A stretch of DNA of 64,000 nucleotides, from contig OY970166.1 of assembly GCA_963706595.1 (NCBI GenBank), positions 2,304,001 through 2,368,000 of the forward strand, read 5' to 3'. Numbering within the stretch: the stretch's first letter is position 1; every line of letters starts with the position of its first letter. The DNA is from an uncultured cyanobacterium (GTDB taxonomy: Bacteria > Cyanobacteriota > Cyanobacteriia > Cyanobacteriales > Nostocaceae). Of the stretch, positions 57,577-64,000 are shown in pieces. The notes under the pieces were generated by a model that saw nothing but the letters and a program-made list of their open reading frames with translations, searched no databases and was not told the DNA's origin. Made by a program: the position numbers and the translations under genes.

Positions 57577-60500
57577 TCAACAGGGAGATATGGCACAGAA
57601 AGCCGCCCAGTATTCTGGTCTTTTAAATGGTTTTTGTTCTGGTTTATATTGTTTCAACAAATCTATGATTTGGTGTTTATGTGAGGACTCTATTTTATCT
57701 ATACCTTGAATCCAGGTAATTATTTGTGCTTGAGTGGCTTGACGTAGCCATTGCTGGGTTTTATTCAGTGCTAAGGATACATTATGTAAATCTTGAGACA
57801 AAGTTTCATAAAATCTAATCATTAATAAAGCTGTATGAAAGTCACTCACAGCCCATAAACTAGTAATAATATTAGCTGCACCAGCTTTGATAAAACCACT
57901 TGCCAAGCCTATATATTCATCACTGTTATTTGTAAAATCAATAAAGCCAGTTTCACAAGCAGAAAGAGTCACCAGACGGCATTTAGGTAAGTTTAATAGG
58001 AAGATATCTTCTAGAGTTAGGCATTTATCTAAATCAATTGCTGTGTTTTCATCAATTTGGATATTTCGTGATGAGTAGGTATTAGCAGGAATATCATAAA
58101 TCACTGCATCTGCTAACTGTAAGCCTGATTGTAAGGGAAACTGGAAATTAAAATATCCGTGACAAGAAAAATGTATCCATTGAGATTTGCAGAGATTTTC
58201 ATTGGTTGAAGGTTCTGCTAAAACAGCTTTGCTGGCTTGACTGTGTTTGAGAATTTGGTGGGGTTGAAAGTTTGTAGCTATTGTCTCAACTTCGATATCA
58301 GTGAAGTCTAAATCATTAGTGGGGTTTTGAATAGCAAATAAATTGCTGAGTTGATTTAACTGTGAACTTGCTAATTGTTGAGCTTTAAGTTGAGCGAAAC
58401 GTAACAGTTGACAACTAGGTGCATAACTCACTCCATCGGGAAATCTATCAATTAGATATTCTGGTGTTGAGGTGTTGCTGGTAGATAGAGGGATAGCGTG
58501 GAGAGGAAACAGGTGTAAATAACGATGCGGGATTAAAACTAGCTTTTGGCAACTACTGGGGACGAGGGAAATGATTTTATCAAGGTGGAATCTTTGTGTT
58601 AGCTGGGTAAGTTTATCACTTAGTTTAAACTGCCAACGTTTTTTATCTTCGCTGTACAGTTTCAGGTAATCAACAGTCCAATTTACTAAATTTTCTAAAT
58701 CTTGTTGATCAGAATGCCAAATAACTGGTTTCTCGCAGTCATGGGTGATGATGAAAGCACGAAAACAATCATTAAAGATGTACCACTTGATGATGGCAGT
58801 GTTTTTATCTAAGAGGTTTTGAATTTCCGGAAATCTGATACTACTACTAATTAATGGTAAATTTGCTTGACTTGTTGATGTAGCTTTGGTTAACAGTTCT
58901 ACTAAATTGCGGGTTTTGCTGCGTTCAATATATTCTATTGCTTCAGTGTCTCTTCCCAAGGCTAGGCAAACTTCCACCATTCGTCTAAAAAGTTTATTCC
59001 ATTCCTCTGCTTGTTTGCGTTTACTTTCCTCCCCAGAAATGATTTCACCCCGTAAATCTTCAACTGTGATAATAGCATCATTAAAGGTAGAGTAAGCTAA
59101 ATCAAACTGTTGTGATTCTTGATAAGCAATACCTAAATTCAATAAAGTTTCAGCGTTCTTTTGAGGAAAATTGCTGCGAGTTCTGACTTCTAAAGCAGCA
59201 GTATAAGCAGCGATGGCATATTCTAAATTATCGGCTTGATCTCCTCTGATTCTTTTAAGGTAGGCAGTTGCCAGATTATTTTGCGTGGTTGCCCAATCTA
59301 CAGGAAAATCGTTGCGAGTTCTGACTTTTAAAGCAGCAGTATAAGCAGCGATGGCATATTCTAGATTATCGGCTTGATCTCCTCTGATTCTTTTAAGGTA
59401 GGCATTCCCAAGATTATTTTGCGTGGCTGCCCAATCTACGGGAAAATCGTTGCGATTTATGACTTCTAAAACAGCAGTATAAGCAGCGATGGCATATTCT
59501 AGATTGTCGGCTTGATCTCCTCTGATTCTGTTAGAGTAGGCAGCACCTAGATTATTTTGCACAGATGCCCAAGTAACAGGAACATTAGTGGGTGTATAAA
59601 CTTCTAAAGCCGATGAAAAAGCAGCGATCGCCTTTTCCAAATTCTCAGCTTTATCCCCCCTAATTCTGTCAGAGTAGGCAGTACCTAGATTATTTTGCGT
59701 CATTGCCCAATCTACAGGAAAATCCGTTTGGTTTCTTACTTCTAAAGCCGCCGAAAAAGCAGTGATCGCCTTTTCCAAATTCTCAGCTTTATCCCCCCTA
59801 ATTCTGTCAGAGTAGGCAGTACCTAGATTATTTTGTGTCATTGCCCAATCTACAGGAAAATCCGTTTGGTTTCTTACTTCTAAAGCCGCCGAAAAAGCAG
59901 TGATCGCCTTTTCCAAATTCTCAGCTTTATCCCCTCTAATTCTGTCAGAGTAGGCAGTACCTAGATTATTTTGCACAGATGCCCAAATTTCTGGGGAAAT
60001 GTTACGGGTAAAAAACGTTAGAGCTATTTCATTACCAGTAATAGCAATTTCGATGTTATCGGCTTTGTTACCTAAAGGAAATTCGTTAATCAGATTACTA
60101 AATTCACCTATCACAAAAGCGAAGAATTGTGCTTTTTCTAGTTCTACTTCTGCTTCTGCTAGTATTTTTGTTGCCCAAAGACGCAATAATTCTGCAAAAA
60201 CATGGTCGAGTTTATCAGTATTGGCTGCCAGCAAGGGGTAAATTACTTGAGGATCACCCTCGCTTTCTGCTGTTGCTAACAGCACCTCTTGTAAAAATTG
60301 CTCATAAACCTTGATATTTTCTGGGGTGACAGTGGAAGTTTCACCACCTGCTGGAGATGTTGTTGGTAAGTTCAGCGCAGCGCTAAGTTGTGTTTCTAAG
60401 TTTCTCAGCCAATTTGCAGTATTTTCCTGTCCCTGCTGTGAGTAATGCTGTGCTGCTACTGCCAACATCTGCAAAAAGCCAGCATCCAGTAATTCTGTAT

Positions 60501-60591
60501 TAGCGGCTAATATTTCTGCTTCTTCTCCATCCGGGCATTTGAGCAGACTTTCAATTAGCTGAGAATAAGCCTGTTGGCGCTGTTCGTCCAT
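57577..60591 (-). CDS. TPR-repeat CHAT (caspase-like) protease
   Basis: 40-aa TPR-like repeats (WA.TQNNLG.AY..RIRGD.A.NLE.AI.A...AL). Catalytic HFSCHG and LSACETG. YWAAF at the end. Confidence 0.93.
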   Translation of the reverse strand: MDEQRQQAYSQLIESLLKCPDGEEAEILAANTELLDAGFLQMLAVAAQHYSQQGQENTANWLRNLETQLSAALNLPTTSPAGGETSTVTPENIKVYEQFLQEVLLATAESEGDPQVIYPLLAANTDKLDHVFAELLRLWATKILAEAEVELEKAQFFAFVIGEFSNLINEFPLGNKADNIEIAITGNEIALTFFTRNISPEIWASVQNNLGTAYSDRIRGDKAENLEKAITAFSAALEVRNQTDFPVDWAMTQNNLGTAYSDRIRGDKAENLEKAITAFSAALEVRNQTDFPVDWAMTQNNLGTAYSDRIRGDKAENLEKAIAAFSSALEVYTPTNVPVTWASVQNNLGAAYSNRIRGDQADNLEYAIAAYTAVLEVINRNDFPVDWAATQNNLGNAYLKRIRGDQADNLEYAIAAYTAALKVRTRNDFPVDWATTQNNLATAYLKRIRGDQADNLEYAIAAYTAALEVRTRSNFPQKNAETLLNLGIAYQESQQFDLAYSTFNDAIITVEDLRGEIISGEESKRKQAEEWNKLFRRMVEVCLALGRDTEAIEYIERSKTRNLVELLTKATSTSQANLPLISSSIRFPEIQNLLDKNTAIIKWYIFNDCFRAFIITHDCEKPVIWHSDQQDLENLVNWTVDYLKLYSEDKKRWQFKLSDKLTQLTQRFHLDKIISLVPSSCQKLVLIPHRYLHLFPLHAIPLSTSNTSTPEYLIDRFPDGVSYAPSCQLLRFAQLKAQQLASSQLNQLSNLFAIQNPTNDLDFTDIEVETIATNFQPHQILKHSQASKAVLAEPSTNENLCKSQWIHFSCHGYFNFQFPLQSGLQLADAVIYDIPANTYSSRNIQIDENTAIDLDKCLTLEDIFLLNLPKCRLVTLSACETGFIDFTNNSDEYIGLASGFIKAGAANIITSLWAVSDFHTALLMIRFYETLSQDLHNVSLALNKTQQWLRQATQAQIITWIQGIDKIESSHKHQIIDLLKQYKPEQKPFKRPEYWAAFCAISPC

Positions 60592-60731
60592 GAGCAGGTG
60601 TTAGATAGATATATCATTGATCAAGCTTTAACAGTATTATCCTCTATTTCTAAAAAATCAGGTGATAAATTTAGCTCACAGGCAAGCTGTGATCCGAATT
60701 TAAATCTTGTCGTGAGTGTATGCGATTTCTA

Positions 60732-60796
60732 ATACCAATTCACAAAATGTTGGCAACATCTGTAGCGACTGTCCTATTATTTTCGGTAATTGGTAT
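60732..60796. repeat. Small inverted-repeat element ATACCAATT...AATTGGTAT
   Basis: 9-bp perfect terminal IR extended by AAAAT/ATTTT. Confidence 0.5.
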
Positions 60797-60963
60797 ACTC
60801 CCTTCCCACTGTTAAATGACTTAAATTTTTTAATAACGAACCACAGAGGCACAGAAAAAAACCAGTAACTGTATGAGACCCCAGTAGTCGCCCTAGAAAA
60901 TCAGGAGAGAGGGTAGGACTGACGCTGCTCAAGTGGGTGGGTGGCATATCTGCGTTTTGTGAC

Positions 60964-61046
60964 GGCGGTGCTGATGTCAAAACCCCTGTAGAGAGGTGAC
61001 ATGGAACGTCTCTACATTTAAATTCATACTTGGTTTCACCAACGCC
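60964..61046. mobile_element. MITE-like composite: GGCGGTGCTGA...TCACCAACGCC shell around the TGTAGAG...CTCTACA palindrome
   Basis: Imperfect terminal IR with inner palindrome at 60987-61016. Confidence 0.5.
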
Positions 61047-61095
61047 AAAATAACGCCAGGCGATCGCCTAAAATCTCTAACAGATGAGTAGGTAA

Positions 61096-61452
<357 letters not shown>

Positions 61453-61625
61453 TTCAACCTGAATGAATCGTGTCTTAAGATGCGATTCATTACAAAAACT
61501 AATCACTTTTATAAGTAAAAATTTATTAAAATCCCTTTACAAAACAAAACTTATCCTCTAAGGTAGTATTCAAGTAGGCAAGTTTACCTACCCAATTCGT
61601 AAACACGAAAAGCAATTATAAAAAC

Positions 61626-62708
61626 ATGACCACAACCTTACAACAGCGTCAAAGCGCTAACGTATGGGATCGCTTCTGCGAGTGGATCACCAGCACCGAC
61701 AACCGCATTTATATCGGTTGGTTCGGCGTTCTCATGATCCCAACCCTACTAGCTGCTACCACCTGCTTCATCATCGCCTTCGTAGCTGCACCTCCAGTAG
61801 ACATCGACGGTATCCGTGAACCAGTAGCTGGTTCCTTGATTTACGGAAACAACATCATCTCCGGTGCAGTTGTTCCTTCTTCTAACGCTATCGGCTTGCA
61901 CTTCTACCCAATCTGGGAAGCAGCTTCCTTAGATGAGTGGTTGTACAACGGCGGTCCTTACCAATTGGTAATTTTCCACTTCTTGATCGGTTGCGCTTGC
62001 TACCTTGGTCGTCAGTGGGAATTATCTTACCGCTTGGGTATGCGTCCTTGGATTTGTGTAGCTTACTCTGCGCCTTTGGCTTCTGCTACAGCAGTATTCT
62101 TGATCTACCCAATTGGTCAAGGTTCCTTCTCTGACGGTATGCCTTTGGGTATCTCCGGAACCTTCAACTTCATGATTGTGTTCCAAGCTGAACACAACAT
62201 CTTGATGCACCCCTTCCACATGTTAGGTGTGGCTGGTGTCTTCGGTGGTTCATTATTCTCCGCAATGCACGGTTCCTTGGTGACATCATCCTTGGTACGT
62301 GAAACAACCGAAACCGAATCCCAAAACTACGGTTACAAGTTCGGACAAGAAGAAGAAACCTACAACATCGTTGCAGCCCACGGGTACTTCGGTCGGTTAA
62401 TCTTCCAATACGCTTCCTTCAACAACAGCCGTTCACTTCACTTCTTCCTAGCTGCTTGGCCTGTAATCGGTATCTGGTTTACCGCTTTGGGTATCAGCAC
62501 AATGGCGTTCAACTTGAACGGTTTCAACTTCAACCAATCCGTAATTGATTCTCAAGGTCGCGTTATCGCTACCTGGGCTGACGTAATCAACCGCGCTAAC
62601 TTGGGTATGGAAGTAATGCACGAGCGTAACGCTCACAACTTCCCCCTAGACTTGGCTGCTGCTGATGTTGCTCCAGTTGCTTTAACAGCACCTGCAATCA
62701 ACGGTTAA
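61626..62708 (+). CDS. psbA: Photosystem II D1 protein, standard Gln130 form
   Basis: Full D1 with GRQWELSY. Mn-cluster ligands D170, E189, H332, E333, D342 and A344 are present. Confidence 0.99.
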   Translation: MTTTLQQRQSANVWDRFCEWITSTDNRIYIGWFGVLMIPTLLAATTCFIIAFVAAPPVDIDGIREPVAGSLIYGNNIISGAVVPSSNAIGLHFYPIWEAASLDEWLYNGGPYQLVIFHFLIGCACYLGRQWELSYRLGMRPWICVAYSAPLASATAVFLIYPIGQGSFSDGMPLGISGTFNFMIVFQAEHNILMHPFHMLGVAGVFGGSLFSAMHGSLVTSSLVRETTETESQNYGYKFGQEEETYNIVAAHGYFGRLIFQYASFNNSRSLHFFLAAWPVIGIWFTALGISTMAFNLNGFNFNQSVIDSQGRVIATWADVINRANLGMEVMHERNAHNFPLDLAAADVAPVALTAPAING

Positions 62709-62724
62709 TCATCAAGTTTAGCTG

Positions 62725-62764
62725 AATAAAAAACGCCTTCCAGAAATGGGGGGCGTTTTTTATT
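62725..62764 (+). terminator. psbA terminator
   Basis: AAAAAACGCCTTCCA-GAAA-TGGGGGGCGTTTTTT hairpin. Confidence 0.8.
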
Positions 62765-63084
62765 GTATATAATATATATTTGAATTTCTTTAATTAACCA
62801 CAGAGAACACAGAGGACGCAGAGTTAAGAGAAGTATTGAGAGTTTCTGTGGTGCTTTGGTTTTTTTATCCGTTTTTTCTTTATATCTCACGCAAAGGCGC
62901 AAAGGCGCAAAGGAAGAAAGAAATACAAATATCAGCTTGTGGTCTAAATAGATGAAAACTGCTGTAATTCAGCAACGGCGAGTAAAGAGAATCAATGCTC
63001 CAGATTATAGGGCTATCTCAGCCAGATGAAAGTACGCGAAAAATGTCATTATAGTTAAGGTGATGACATACGGGAGATAAGACT

Positions 63085-63681
63085 ACGGTTTACGCACGTC
63101 CTTTAGCACGGTTAATTGAGCAGTTGCAACGCCTACCAGGAGTTGGTCCCAAGTCAGCCCAACGCCTAGCCTTGCACATATTGAAGCGCCCCGAAGCAGA
63201 AGTAGAAGCTTTAGCGCAAGCCCTAATTGATGCAAAAAAGCAGATAGGCTTGTGTTCGGTTTGCTTTCACCTATCTGCTGATCCTGTTTGTGAAATTTGT
63301 CGTCATCCTAACCGTGACAATACATCAATCTGTGTGGTTGCGGATTCTCGTGATTTGATTGCGTTGGAAAAAACCCGCGAATATAAAGGTAAGTATCACG
63401 TCTTGGGTGGGGTAATTTCCCCTATGGATGGTATTGGACCAGAACAGCTAACTATTCAAGCTTTGGTGCGGCGGGTGAGTCAACAAAAAATCCAAGAAGT
63501 GATTATGGCGATTAGTCCGACAATCGAAGGGGAAACTACAACCCTGTATATCGGTCAGCTACTGAAACCATTTACCAAGGTGACACGTATCGCCTTTGGT
63601 CTGCCTGTGGGTGGCGATTTGGAATATGCCGATGAAGTGACGCTGGCAAGAGCCTTGGAAGGTCGCAGAGAGTTAGATTAA
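63085..63681 (+). CDS. recR: Recombination mediator RecR (ORF track starts at TTG 63124; homology extends upstream)
   Basis: [11 protein letters not shown]hH, CSVC..CEIC zinc finger, TOPRIM domain EGETT. In-frame [11 protein letters not shown] lies upstream of 63124. Confidence 0.95.
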   Translation, partial: TVYARPLARLIEQLQRLPGVGPKSAQRLALHILKRPEAEVEALAQALIDAKKQIGLCSVCFHLSADPVCEICRHPNRDNTSICVVADSRDLIALEKTREYKGKYHVLGGVISPMDGIGPEQLTIQALVRRVSQQKIQEVIMAISPTIEGETTTLYIGQLLKPFTKVTRIAFGLPVGGDLEYADEVTLARALEGRRELD

Positions 63682-64000
63682 GTTTTATCAAGAATTGCTT
63701 AAGAACAGGCGTTGAGTGCTTAATAGTCCGCATCTTTCGATACTATGCTACGAAGATTACTTGCTCGTTAGCTGGGATTTCAGTAGCTTGACAGTTATTT
63801 ACCTGTGGATGTGTAGAATTTCAGGTAATGCTGTAGTGCTATGAACCTTCCATTGTTTGAGTGTTACCAGAATTTCTTCACGGCGAACACTTTTATCCCA
63901 TATCAGTTAACACGAAGCATTCCACCAGGGGCTTATTTAGCGCTCTCCTGTTTTTTCAATCGTTTCGATGACTGCTAAACCAATACCAGAAGCTGCTATT

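Noticed and set aside
61626..62708. Atypical (rogue, far-red or microaerobic) D1
   Set aside because: All Mn-cluster ligands and the processing site are canonical. This is the standard Gln130 form.
63938..64000. 3' end of a minus-strand gene (..IAASGIGLAVIETIEKTGER*)
   Set aside because: Too little sequence inside the window to identify.

Overview
64 kb of chromosome from a filamentous heterocyst-forming cyanobacterium (Nostocales; possibly Nodularia-like). The evidence is abundant HIP1 (GCGATCGC) sites, STRR heptamer repeats, psbA/psbD and an SLH porin. The backbone is housekeeping: porin, 6S RNA, psbD, tRNA-Asn, comB, clpC, mlaD/mlaF-like, metH, yebC, ftsE, a partner-switching module, OCP-related HCP/CTDH, queG, psbA and recR. 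Accessory and conflict modules are interspersed: (i) a tandem pair of membrane-anchored STAND-like P-loop NTPases, one with a ~28-unit Gly-zipper VNTR, next to tRNA-Asn and bracketed by a 176-bp duplication ending at HIP1; (ii) an ABC-ATPase + TOPRIM-like pair; (iii) a TIR-GUN4 fusion whose 3' end closes in all three reading frames and may be a hypervariable (DGR-like) target; (iv) VapBC; (v) a BanI/HgiCI-like type II R-M system; (vi) a TPR-CHAT protease / small protein / 2-TM effector triad. Many short palindromic dispersed repeats occur, some nested in inverted-repeat shells and one inserted in frame in metH, and they coincide with local strand-skew flips. No CRISPR array, transposase, integrase or reverse transcriptase was found. 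All family assignments come from motif recognition without database searches.
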